DNA of 64,000 nucleotides from Alphaproteobacteria bacterium (GTDB lineage Bacteria; Pseudomonadota; Alphaproteobacteria; MPNO01): NCBI GenBank assembly GCA_965205995.1, contig OZ242200.1, positions 19,233 to 83,232 of the forward strand, read 5' to 3'. Shown piece by piece: positions 56,061 to 64,000 of this stretch (position 1 is its first letter; each line of letters starts with the position of its first letter). The notes under the pieces were generated by a model. It saw only the letters and a program-made list of their open reading frames with translations, ran no database searches and was not told where the DNA came from. The position numbers and the translations under genes were made by a program.

Positions 56061-56951
56061 ATGGCGGAAATAGGTTTCGTCGGGCTCGGCAATATGGGCC
56101 GGCCGATGGCCAGCCGGCTCGTCGCGGCCGGCCACGCGGTCCGCGGATTCGATGCCGCCGCGCCCGCGCGCGAGGCGGCCGCGGCGGCGGGAATCCCGCT
56201 GGCCGAGGATCCGGGCGCGGCTGCCGACGGCGCCGAGGCGGTGTTCACCATGCTGCCGGCCGGCGCCGACGTGCGCTCGGTCTATTGCGAGTCCGGCGGG
56301 CTCCTGGCGGCGGCGGGGGCCGGCACGCTGCTCGTCGATTGCTCGACCATCGATCTCGAGACCGCGCGCGCCGTCCATGAAGAGGCGTCCGCGAAGGGTT
56401 TTGCGATGCTGGACGCGCCGGTTTCCGGCGGGGTCGGCGGGGCCGAGGCCGGCACGCTCACCTTCATGGTCGGCGGGGCAGCGGGCGCGGTCGCGCGCGG
56501 CGAGCCGCTGATGGCGGCGATGGGCCGCAACATCGTCCACGCCGGCGGGCCGGGCAACGGCCAGGCGGCGAAGATGTGCAACAACATGATCCTCGGCGTT
56601 TCGATGATCGCGGTATCGGAAGCCTTCACCCTGGCCGAGCGGGTGGGGCTCGACGCCCAGACCCTGTTCGACATCGTCGCGACCGCGTCCGGGCAGTGCT
56701 GGTCGCTCACCAACTATTGCCCGGTGCCGGGGCCGGTGCCGTCGTCGCCGGCGAACCGGGACTACCGGGCTGGGTTCACCGCGGCGATGATGCTCAAGGA
56801 TCTCAGGCTCGCGCGCGGCGCGGCCCAGGCGAACCGCGCCAACACCCCGCTCGGCAGCCACGCCGCTGCCCTCTACGAGCAGTACTGCGCCGACGGCGAG
56901 GAGGGGTCCGACTTCTCCGGCATCATCCGGATGTTGAGGGGAGCCGGTTAG
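56061..56951 (+). CDS. mmsB: 3-hydroxyisobutyrate dehydrogenase
   Basis: 296 aa; GFVGLGNMGRPMA Rossmann, catalytic K in GGPGNGQAAKMCNNM; GAAGGAGG RBS. Confidence 0.85.
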   Translation: MAEIGFVGLGNMGRPMASRLVAAGHAVRGFDAAAPAREAAAAAGIPLAEDPGAAADGAEAVFTMLPAGADVRSVYCESGGLLAAAGAGTLLVDCSTIDLETARAVHEEASAKGFAMLDAPVSGGVGGAEAGTLTFMVGGAAGAVARGEPLMAAMGRNIVHAGGPGNGQAAKMCNNMILGVSMIAVSEAFTLAERVGLDAQTLFDIVATASGQCWSLTNYCPVPGPVPSSPANRDYRAGFTAAMMLKDLRLARGAAQANRANTPLGSHAAALYEQYCADGEEGSDFSGIIRMLRGAG

Positions 56952-56964
56952 GGCGATCCCGGCG

Positions 56965-56981
56965 CCCGCCGTATCGAGGGA
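56965..56981. repeat. palindromic repeat fragment I (right arm only)
   Basis: CGCCGTATCGAGGGACA immediately after mmsB stop. Confidence 0.4.
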
Positions 56982-57055
56982 CAGCCACCGGTTGACTCGG
57001 CAAGCGGCCGTTTCGATAGTCGCGCCCGCATGGATTTCACGCATTCGGACCAGGC

Positions 57056-59140
57056 ATGACGGATCCGGAACTTCCCGGTGGGCTCAGGCTCGCCGCCGAC
57101 ATCGGCGGCACCTTCACCGACATTGCCGCCTTCGACCCGGCGACCGGCGCGCTCAGCCTCGGCAAGGCGCCGTCGACGCCGTCGCATCTGGTGGACGGGA
57201 TCGCCGCCGGGGTGGACCGCGCCGGGGTCGCGTATTCCGATTCGGCCCTGTTCCTGCATGGCTCGACGATCGCCATCAACACCATGATGGAGCGGACCGG
57301 CGCCCGCGCCGCGCTGGTCATCACCAAAGGCTTTCGCGACATCTACGAGATCGGCCGGATCAACCGGCCCGATTCCTACAATCTGTTCTTCAAGAGGCAC
57401 CGGCCGCTGATCGAGCGGGCGATGTGCTTCGAGCTCGACGAGCGGATGCTGGCCGAGGGCGAGCCGCTGACCCCGCTCGACGAGGACGAGGTCCGCGGGC
57501 TCGCAGACAAGCTCGCCGGGCTGGATGTCGAGGCGGTGGCGATCCTGCTGCTGCACAGCTATCGCAACCCCGACCACGAGAAGCGGACCAAGGCGATTCT
57601 CGAATCCTGCCTGCCCGGCGCGTTCGTCACCGCGTCCTACGAGCTGTCGCAGGAATACCGCGAGTTCGAGCGCTGCTCGACGGTTGCCGCCAACGCCTAT
57701 ATCGGCCCGGGCGTGCGCCGCTATCTCGACGAGATCGGCGTCCATCTCCGCGCTCAATCCTTTCCCGGCGCGTTCCTCGTCGTGCAGTCGACCGGCGGGC
57801 TCTACGACGTCGCCCAGGCGCGGCATGACTGCGTCCACATGCTCGAATCGGGACCCGCCGCGGGCGTCATCGCCGGGCGCGCGCTCGCCCGCGCGGCGGG
57901 GATCGAGAACGCGATCACCTTCGACATGGGCGGCACCACGGCCAAGTCCGGGGTGATCTACGGCGGCGAGGCGCTGACCACCGGGAGCGCGATGATCGGC
58001 GGCTACGAACAGGGCCTGCCGGTGCAGATCGCGATGATGGACATTTTCGAGGTCGGCACCGGCGGCGGGTCGATCGCGCGAGCCGACCCGCGGGGCGCTC
58101 TCCGCGTCGGGCCGGAAAGCGCAGGCGCGAGCCCCGGGCCGGCCTGCTACGGCAGCGGCGGCGTTGCGCCGACGGTGACCGACGCCAATCTGGTTCTCGG
58201 CCGGATCGCGCCCGACAGGTTTCTCGGCGGCGCGATGACGCTCGACGCCGGGGCCGCCTTCGCGGCGATGAAATCCGGGGTCGCCGATCCGCTCGGGATG
58301 GACGTGGTGGAGGCTGCCGCGGGCGTCCTCCAGATCGCCGCCACGGCGATGTCGTTCGCGGTCAAGGGGGTGTCGACCGAGCGCGGCCTCGACGCCGGCG
58401 CGTTCACCCTGGTCGCCTGCGGCGGCGCCGGGCCGCTGCACGCCAGCGCGGTGGCGCGCGAGATCGGCATGCGGGAGATCGTCGTGCCGCTGGCCCCCGG
58501 ACATTTCTCGGCGATCGGGATGCTGCACGCCGATCTCCGCTACGACTATGTCAGGACCTGGTTCGCGCGGCTCGCCGAGGCGCCGCTCGACGAAATCGAG
58601 GGGCTCTATGCAGAGATGGAGGCGCAGGGCCGCGAGGCGGTGGCGGCGACCGGCGCCCAAATCGAGGCCGTCGTGGTCGGCCGCGCCGCCGACATGCGCT
58701 ATGTCGGCCAGGAGCATGCGGTGACGGTCGACCTGGCCGCGGAGCTGTTCGCGGCCGGCGACCGGGACACCATCAAGCGGCGCTTCGACGAGGTGCACGC
58801 GGTTCGCTACGGCACCTCGGCGCCGGACGAGCCGGCCGAACTGGTGAGCCTCAGGACGACGGTTTCGGGTCTCCTGCCGAAGCCGCCGATGGTGCAGAGC
58901 CTGGATCGGGGATCGGCCGATCCCGAGCCGCTGGAGACGCGGCGGATCTATTTCTCCGAGACCGGCGATTTTGTAGCCACGCCGGTCTATCGGCGGGCGG
59001 ATCTGGGGGCCGGCGCGGCGATAGAGGGACCGGCGGTGATCGAGGAAGAGGCATCGACGACGCTGCTCCTGCCGGGCGACAGGCTCGGCGTCGACGAGCA
59101 CGGCAATCTGCGAATCCGGGTCGGGTCGGGCGGACGATGA
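57056..59140 (+). CDS. hyuA: hydantoinase/oxoprolinase family protein, A subunit (HyuA)
   Basis: 694 aa; [10 protein letters not shown]-terminal ATPase motif, hydantoinase A core. Confidence 0.85.
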   Translation: MTDPELPGGLRLAADIGGTFTDIAAFDPATGALSLGKAPSTPSHLVDGIAAGVDRAGVAYSDSALFLHGSTIAINTMMERTGARAALVITKGFRDIYEIGRINRPDSYNLFFKRHRPLIERAMCFELDERMLAEGEPLTPLDEDEVRGLADKLAGLDVEAVAILLLHSYRNPDHEKRTKAILESCLPGAFVTASYELSQEYREFERCSTVAANAYIGPGVRRYLDEIGVHLRAQSFPGAFLVVQSTGGLYDVAQARHDCVHMLESGPAAGVIAGRALARAAGIENAITFDMGGTTAKSGVIYGGEALTTGSAMIGGYEQGLPVQIAMMDIFEVGTGGGSIARADPRGALRVGPESAGASPGPACYGSGGVAPTVTDANLVLGRIAPDRFLGGAMTLDAGAAFAAMKSGVADPLGMDVVEAAAGVLQIAATAMSFAVKGVSTERGLDAGAFTLVACGGAGPLHASAVAREIGMREIVVPLAPGHFSAIGMLHADLRYDYVRTWFARLAEAPLDEIEGLYAEMEAQGREAVAATGAQIEAVVVGRAADMRYVGQEHAVTVDLAAELFAAGDRDTIKRRFDEVHAVRYGTSAPDEPAELVSLRTTVSGLLPKPPMVQSLDRGSADPEPLETRRIYFSETGDFVATPVYRRADLGAGAAIEGPAVIEEEASTTLLLPGDRLGVDEHGNLRIRVGSGGR

Positions 59141-60903
59141 GCGGCAGTTCCCCCGATCCGGTGGTCACCGAGCTGGTGCGGAACGGCGTCATCGCCATCA
59201 CCGAGGAGATGAAGACCAACCTCACCCGCACCGCCTACAACATGATCATCTACGAGGCGCTCGACTTCACCGTCGGGCTGTTCACCGCGAAGGGCGAGAC
59301 GGTCTCGATCGGGCTCGGCCTGCCGATGTTCATCCGCGGCATGGCGGAAACGGTGAAGGCGAAGCTGCGCCATTTCGGCGACGATATCGGGCCGGGCGAC
59401 ATTCTGCTGACCAACGACGCCTATATCACCGGCAGCCATCTCAACCATTTGACCTTCAGCATGCCGGTCTTCGACGACGGCACGCTGGTCGGGTTCGCCG
59501 TCTGCATGGCGCACTGGCCGGATATCGGCGGCACGCTCGGCGGCATGACCACCGATATCTATTCGGAAGGTCTGCAGATCCCGATCCTCAAATACCAGCG
59601 GGCCGGGGTCGTCAACCAGGATCTCCTCGACATCCTGAAGATGAACGTCCGCCTGCCGGAGCGGGCGATGGGCGACCTCCGCGCGCAGCTCACGGCGATC
59701 GCCAGCGGAGAACGGCGCTTCCTCGAGCTCATCCGCCGCTACGGCCGGGACGCGGTGCTCGACGGCATCGCGGCGATCATGGACCAGTCCGAGGTGGCCG
59801 CCCGCGGCCGCACACTCGCGATCCCGGACGGAGTCTACGAGGCCGAATCCTTCATGGACGACGACGGGGTCGATATCGCCCGGCCGGTGCCGATCCGGGT
59901 CCGTGTGACCGTCGAGGGCGACCGGATGACGGTCGACCTCTCCGAGGTGTCCGAGCAGGTCAAGGGGTTCTACAACTCGGGCGTGACAACGGGGTATGCC
60001 TGTTCCCAGGTCGCGTTCAAATGCCTGACATCGCCGACCGACTATCCGATAAACGACGGCAGCTTCCGCAATCTGGAGGTCATCATCCCCATGGGGCGCA
60101 TCGTGAGCGCCGAGAAGCCGGCGCCGATGCGCTGGTGGATGACCTTCCCGATGACCATCGTCGATACCGTGTTCAAGGCGCTGGAGCCGGCGATCCCCGA
60201 CCGCATCGTCGCCGGGCACCACGCCGATTTGATCATCGGCATGCTGAACGGCGTCAACCCCGCGACCTCCGAATTCTACATCGCCTTCATCGGCCCGACC
60301 GGCGGCGGCTGGGGGGCGAAGCAGGAGGAGGACGGCAACTCAGCGACCATCTGCATGAACGATGGCGACACCCATAACAGCCCCGTCGAGCAGCTCGAAG
60401 CCAAGTACCCGCTGCTGTTCGAAGCGCATGCGCTGCGCCCCGATTCCTGCGGCGCCGGACGGCGGCGCGGCGGGCTCGGGATCGAGAACGTCGTTCAGGC
60501 GCGCGCAGCCCTCATGGTCAACACCCAGATCGACCGCGTGCATTGCGCGCCCTGGGGGCTCGCCGGCGGCGGCGATGCGATGGGCAATTCGGTGGCGGTC
60601 CGCCGCGACGGCGCCTGGCGGGAGGACCTTCCCAACGCCAAAATGCTGACCGCCCGCCTCGGCCCGGGCGAGGCGTTTGCGCTGCGCTCGGGCGGCGGCG
60701 GCGGTTTCGGCCCGCCGCTGGAGAGGCCGATCGACGATGTCGCCCACGACATCCGCCAGGGCTATGTCTCGCCCGAGGCCGCGTTCCGCGATTACGGCGT
60801 GGTGTGCGATGCCGCGACGCTCGCGGTGGATGTCGAGGCATCGGAACGAATCCGCGCCGCCAAGGCGACGCTCGCCGCGGCCGGGGGATCGCCCAAGGGC
60901 TGA
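59137..60903 (+). CDS. hyuB: hydantoinase B/oxoprolinase family protein (HyuB)
   Basis: 588 aa; DPVVTELVRNGVIAITEEMKTNLTRTAYNMIIYEALDFTVGLF typical HyuB N-terminus; ATGA overlap with hyuA. Confidence 0.85.
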   Translation: MSGSSPDPVVTELVRNGVIAITEEMKTNLTRTAYNMIIYEALDFTVGLFTAKGETVSIGLGLPMFIRGMAETVKAKLRHFGDDIGPGDILLTNDAYITGSHLNHLTFSMPVFDDGTLVGFAVCMAHWPDIGGTLGGMTTDIYSEGLQIPILKYQRAGVVNQDLLDILKMNVRLPERAMGDLRAQLTAIASGERRFLELIRRYGRDAVLDGIAAIMDQSEVAARGRTLAIPDGVYEAESFMDDDGVDIARPVPIRVRVTVEGDRMTVDLSEVSEQVKGFYNSGVTTGYACSQVAFKCLTSPTDYPINDGSFRNLEVIIPMGRIVSAEKPAPMRWWMTFPMTIVDTVFKALEPAIPDRIVAGHHADLIIGMLNGVNPATSEFYIAFIGPTGGGWGAKQEEDGNSATICMNDGDTHNSPVEQLEAKYPLLFEAHALRPDSCGAGRRRGGLGIENVVQARAALMVNTQIDRVHCAPWGLAGGGDAMGNSVAVRRDGAWREDLPNAKMLTARLGPGEAFALRSGGGGGFGPPLERPIDDVAHDIRQGYVSPEAAFRDYGVVCDAATLAVDVEASERIRAAKATLAAAGGSPKG

Positions 60904-60913
60904 GCGGCGAAGG

Positions 60914-60930
60914 CGCGTATCGAAGGGCGC
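60914..60930. repeat. palindromic repeat fragment J (single arm, inverted)
   Basis: GCGTATCGAAGGGCGCC between convergent hyuB and small minus-strand gene. Confidence 0.4.
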
Positions 60931-60933
60931 CCC

Positions 60934-61239
60934 CTAAAACCCCGCCCGCGAGGCCGGCTTGATCGCGATGGCGAAGCTCGCGCCGGTGCCGCCGCAGCAG
61001 GGGCACGAGATCGAGTCGAAGATTTCGCGGCGCTGCTCCGGCGAGATATCCGCGTCCGCCAGCAACTCCTCGACCTGGCGGCGGACCGCCACGTGAACGG
61101 GATCCGGAGGCCGGCTCTCCCCGCCGGCGGGCGGCGCCTCGTCGACCGGGCTCCGTTCCGCCTCGCGGGCGGCGCGATAGAGCGCGCGAAACGGGCCGGT
61201 GAGGTTGAGATACCGCTTTTCGCCGAGTCCGCCCGGCAT
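60934..61239 (-). CDS. hypothetical small protein (101 aa) with C-terminal CPCCGG motif
   Basis: C-terminal portion of ORF 60934..61761 starting ATG 2 nt after ComE-like stop; very high GC3; ...REIFDSISCPCCGGTGASFAIAIKPA. Confidence 0.4.
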   Translation of the reverse strand: MPGGLGEKRYLNLTGPFRALYRAAREAERSPVDEAPPAGGESRPPDPVHVAVRRQVEELLADADISPEQRREIFDSISCPCCGGTGASFAIAIKPASRAGF

Positions 61240-61241
61240 CT

Positions 61242-61850
61242 TCAGTTCTGCGGCGCGCCCGGGTGGATGACGACGCCCTCCAGCCGCTCGACATAGCGGA
61301 GGAACCGGTACTTGTCCTCGATCCCGTCGGTCGGTTTGCGGTCCTTCCACTCCCAGGGATGCTTGCCGGGCTCGATCTTGGCGACGAGATAGCCCATCTC
61401 GCCGTCGTCGAGCATCGCGGAGAAGCGCGCGGCCAGCGTGTCCGGGTCGCCGACCGTCGCGCAGTTGAGGCAGCCCGCGCCGTCGGCCATGCGGGCGAGG
61501 TCGGTGTTCTTCGAGGTCAGGGTCGGCGGCCCGCCGATATTCTCGTAGATGCCGTTGTCGAAGACGAGCACGGTGAGGTTGGGCGGACGCTCGGCGCCCA
61601 GGGTACAGAGAATGCCGGTGTTCATCAGCATCGAGCCGTCGCTCTCGAAGGCGACGATGCGGCGATGCGGCAGCGACACCGCGAGCCCGAGCGCGGTCGA
61701 GGTCACCGATCCGAGCACACCGGTGAAGAAGGTGTTGTCGGCGGGCTTCAAATTCCACCAATCGTCCCAGGTCGCCCCGATCGAGGTCGTCACCAGGTCG
61801 TCCGCCGTTATCAGCGGCGCGATCGCGCGGAACGCATCAATCCTCTGCAT
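61242..61850 (-). CDS. ThDP-dependent decarboxylase beta subunit (sulfopyruvate/phosphonopyruvate decarboxylase ComE-like)
   Basis: 202 aa; ThDP PP-domain with GSMLMNTG...N motif (ESDGSMLMNTGILCTLGAERPPNLTVLVFDNG). Confidence 0.7.
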   Translation of the reverse strand: MQRIDAFRAIAPLITADDLVTTSIGATWDDWWNLKPADNTFFTGVLGSVTSTALGLAVSLPHRRIVAFESDGSMLMNTGILCTLGAERPPNLTVLVFDNGIYENIGGPPTLTSKNTDLARMADGAGCLNCATVGDPDTLAARFSAMLDDGEMGYLVAKIEPGKHPWEWKDRKPTDGIEDKYRFLRYVERLEGVVIHPGAPQN

Positions 61851-62370
61851 AGGCGGGGCGCTCCACGCAGTTGCCCGAGAACACCAGCGCGACCGGCCAG
61901 TTGCTGCCGTCGGCGTGTTTGAAGGCGCGCTTGATCGCCGGCTTGATCTCGTCGGGCTCGGTGACGAAGCGGTGCGGAATACGCAGAGATTCGAGGATCG
62001 GCGCCATCGTCTGCGCGTGGTTGTGGCCCCACCAGTTCTGCTCGCCCCATTCGCCGCGATAGCTCATCGCCATCACCATCGGCACGGCGTGCTGGAAGGC
62101 GAGCCGCGCCACCGGCTCGCAGCACTGGCGGATGCCCGAATTCTCCATGATCATCAGCGCCCGCTTGCCGGCCAGATAGGTGCCGGCGCAGATCCCCGGC
62201 ATGTCGCCCTCGTTCGACACCTGGATGTAGCGGATCGCGTTGTCCGCCGCGCACAGGCGGTAGACGCTCGCGAGCAGCGATTCGGGAAGCGCGGCGACGA
62301 CGCTGACATCGGCCTCCTTCAGCCCCTCGACAAACAGCCGCGCATATTCGGGGACCGCGTCGCCGGTCAT
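61837..62370 (-). CDS. ThDP-dependent decarboxylase alpha subunit (ComD-like, Pyr domain)
   Basis: 177 aa after trimming ORF to MTGDAVPEYARLFVEG; Pyr-domain with conserved Glu (IQVSNEGDMPGICAG); ATGA overlap with coxG. Confidence 0.7.
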   Translation of the reverse strand: MTGDAVPEYARLFVEGLKEADVSVVAALPESLLASVYRLCAADNAIRYIQVSNEGDMPGICAGTYLAGKRALMIMENSGIRQCCEPVARLAFQHAVPMVMAMSYRGEWGEQNWWGHNHAQTMAPILESLRIPHRFVTEPDEIKPAIKRAFKHADGSNWPVALVFSGNCVERPAYAED

Positions 62371-62819
62371 GACGACTGGCCCTCCGCCTTCTCGCGGAAG
62401 CTGTCCGCGAAATCCCGCCCGAGGTCGCGCGCCTTCTTCTTCATCACGCCGAGCCCGAACCTGCCGAGCCGGCCGAAGACCGAGACGTCGGACGCGTAGG
62501 CGATTTCCGTCTTGCCGTCGACCTCCGTCAGCGCAAGCGTGCTCGTCGCGTTGAGCGTGCTCGCGCGGCCGCCTTCCTCGCCCCTGGTGGTCGAGGCCGC
62601 GAAATGGGGCGCACGCTCCTCGGTCTTTTCGACGGTCACGGAAAACGTGGTCTTGATCGGCCCGACGGCGAGCCTGATGTCTGCCTTGTAGGTGGTCGGG
62701 CCGGTCACCTCGACTCCCTGGCAGCCCGGGATGCACGGACCCACCACCTCAGGGTCGGTGATCATCGACCAGACCCGCTCCAGCGGCGCATCGACGGTGA
62801 AACTGTCCTCGACCTGCAA
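62367..62819 (-). CDS. coxG: SRPBCC family protein (CoxG/carbon monoxide dehydrogenase subunit G-like)
   Basis: 150 aa; MQVEDSFTVDAPLERVWSMITDPEVVGPCIPGC typical CoxG/polyketide cyclase fold. Confidence 0.75.
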   Translation of the reverse strand: MQVEDSFTVDAPLERVWSMITDPEVVGPCIPGCQGVEVTGPTTYKADIRLAVGPIKTTFSVTVEKTEERAPHFAASTTRGEEGGRASTLNATSTLALTEVDGKTEIAYASDVSVFGRLGRFGLGVMKKKARDLGRDFADSFREKAEGQSS

Positions 62820-62955
62820 TCCCGTTCTCCCCGGCCGCCGGCATCCTATGGGGCGTCCGGCGGGGTCGCAAGCGAAGCGGGCGATTCCGGAATCGGGCGA
62901 TTCCCTCTAATATGCGGCACCCGGGGAAGAAGCCCAGAGCGAGGGGAAGAGGGCG

Positions 62956-64000
62956 ATGCTGACCATGGTCTCCGCGATGGATCGGGCCCGCCGGCTCTAC
63001 GGAGCGCAGACGGCGGTGGTCGATGACGAGGGGGATTTCACCTGGGGCGCGTTCGTCGACCGGTCGCGCCGCGCGGCCTCGGTGCTCGACGGGTTCGGGA
63101 TCGGCGCAGGCGACCGCTATGCGATCCTGTCCCGTAACACGTTTCGCAACGCCGAGCTGATGCATGCGGGGTATTGGTCGGGCAGGATCCCTGTGCCCGT
63201 GAATACCAGGCTCGCCGCCCCCGAGATCCGCCACATCCTCGACGACGCGGGCTGCAAGCTGCTGGTCCTCGACGAGGCTTTGGCCGGTCTCGCCGCCGCC
63301 GACGAGCTCGCGCCGTGGCGCGACCGCATCCTCTTCGTCGCTCCCGGGAAGCGCGACGTCGCATGGCCGCAATACGAGGCGCTGCTTGGCGCCACCGAAC
63401 CGGCCGACGCCCATGACGCCGGCGAGCACGATATCGCCGTCCTGCTCTATACCGGCGGGACCACGGGGCGTTCCAAGGGCGTCCCGCTGAGCCATCGCAA
63501 CGTGTTCGCCAACGGGCAGCAATGCGCGATCGCCCTCGGCGCCAGGACCGATGACGTATTTCTCCACGCCGCGCCGATGTTCCACTCCGCCGATTTGTTG
63601 GGAACCGCCTTCACCCTGCAGGGCGCGGCGCATATGTTCCTGCCCGCCTTCTCGCCCGAATCGGCGCTCCGGGCGATGGAGCGCCACGGCGTGACCGTCG
63701 CCTTCCTGCCGCCCACCATGGTCATCATGATCCTGCAGGACCCCGCCTTCGAGAAATTCGACCTCGCCCGGCTCCGGCTGGTCTTCTACGGCTCCTCGCC
63801 GATGGCGGTGGAGTGGATCCGCCGGACGATGGAGGCGCTGCCCGGGGCCGAGATACAGCAGGGCTACGGGCTCACCGAGACGTCCCCCATCCTGACGACG
63901 CTCGATGCCGACGAGCACCGCGACGCGCTGGCGAGCGGGCGCTACGGACGCCTCAGGGCGGCCGGGCGGCCGGTCACCGGTGTCGACATGCGCATCGTCG
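62956..64000 (+). CDS. AMP-dependent synthetase/ligase (acyl-CoA synthetase), 3' truncated by window edge
   Basis: Manual translation from ATG 62956: MLTMVSAMDRARRLYGAQTAVVDDEGDFTWGAF...LLYTGGTTGRSKGVPLSHRNV...QGYGLTETSP; not in ORF track (no in-window stop). Confidence 0.75.
   Translation, partial: MLTMVSAMDRARRLYGAQTAVVDDEGDFTWGAFVDRSRRAASVLDGFGIGAGDRYAILSRNTFRNAELMHAGYWSGRIPVPVNTRLAAPEIRHILDDAGCKLLVLDEALAGLAAADELAPWRDRILFVAPGKRDVAWPQYEALLGATEPADAHDAGEHDIAVLLYTGGTTGRSKGVPLSHRNVFANGQQCAIALGARTDDVFLHAAPMFHSADLLGTAFTLQGAAHMFLPAFSPESALRAMERHGVTVAFLPPTMVIMILQDPAFEKFDLARLRLVFYGSSPMAVEWIRRTMEALPGAEIQQGYGLTETSPILTTLDADEHRDALASGRYGRLRAAGRPVTGVDMRIV

Overview
This is a high-GC (about 68-70%) bacterial chromosomal segment, most consistent with an alphaproteobacterium. 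I see about 60 protein-coding genes and no rRNA, tRNA, CRISPR, integrase or transposase. Coordinates follow the ORF track; starts I refined by hand may be off by 1-3 nt. Reading left to right:

- **1-4.6 kb:** a partial TRAP DctP binding protein, then a hopanoid locus (hpnD, shc, hpnG, minus strand).
- **4.7-10.7 kb:** a plus-strand cluster of unknown pathway (small ORF, VanA-like Rieske oxygenase, cupin, alpha/beta hydrolase, SDR, ThDP enzyme, aspartate-dehydrogenase-family protein).
- **11-17.6 kb:** two tandem Omp25/Omp31-like outer-membrane paralogs, three tandem DMT/EamA transporters, an SDR and a secreted Sel1-repeat protein.
- **17.7-21.7 kb:** an alpha/beta hydrolase, an orphan XDH-family Mo-hydroxylase large subunit and an isochorismatase-family hydrolase.
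- **21.8-28.5 kb:** an RND pair whose adaptor gene is broken by an in-frame TGA, and an orphan TRAP DctQ/DctM pair.
- **28.7-32.1 kb:** a tungsten-type aldehyde:ferredoxin oxidoreductase next to an acyl-CoA synthetase.
- **32.1-39.6 kb:** the ribosomal alpha-operon tail (rpsM-rpsK-rpoA-rplQ) with an anomalous, internally duplicated and frameshifted rpsM, then degP, rarA, crcB, an RluA-family pseudouridine synthase and a HAD hydrolase.
- **39.6-53 kb:** an accessory-looking block. It holds GST, ChaC and MsrA, a DszC-like/DszA-like flavin monooxygenase pair, UbiD-type and amidohydrolase-2-type decarboxylases, a cysteine-dioxygenase-like cupin and a coxMSL-like Mo-hydroxylase.
- **53-64 kb:** a valine catabolic operon (ibd-hibch-mmsB), hyuAB, a ComDE-like ThDP decarboxylase pair with coxG, and a partial acyl-CoA synthetase.

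A family of palindromic intergenic repeats (about 100-110 bp, plus fragments) recurs at least 8-10 times, mostly at gene 3' ends. No transcriptional regulator gene is recognisable anywhere in the 64 kb.
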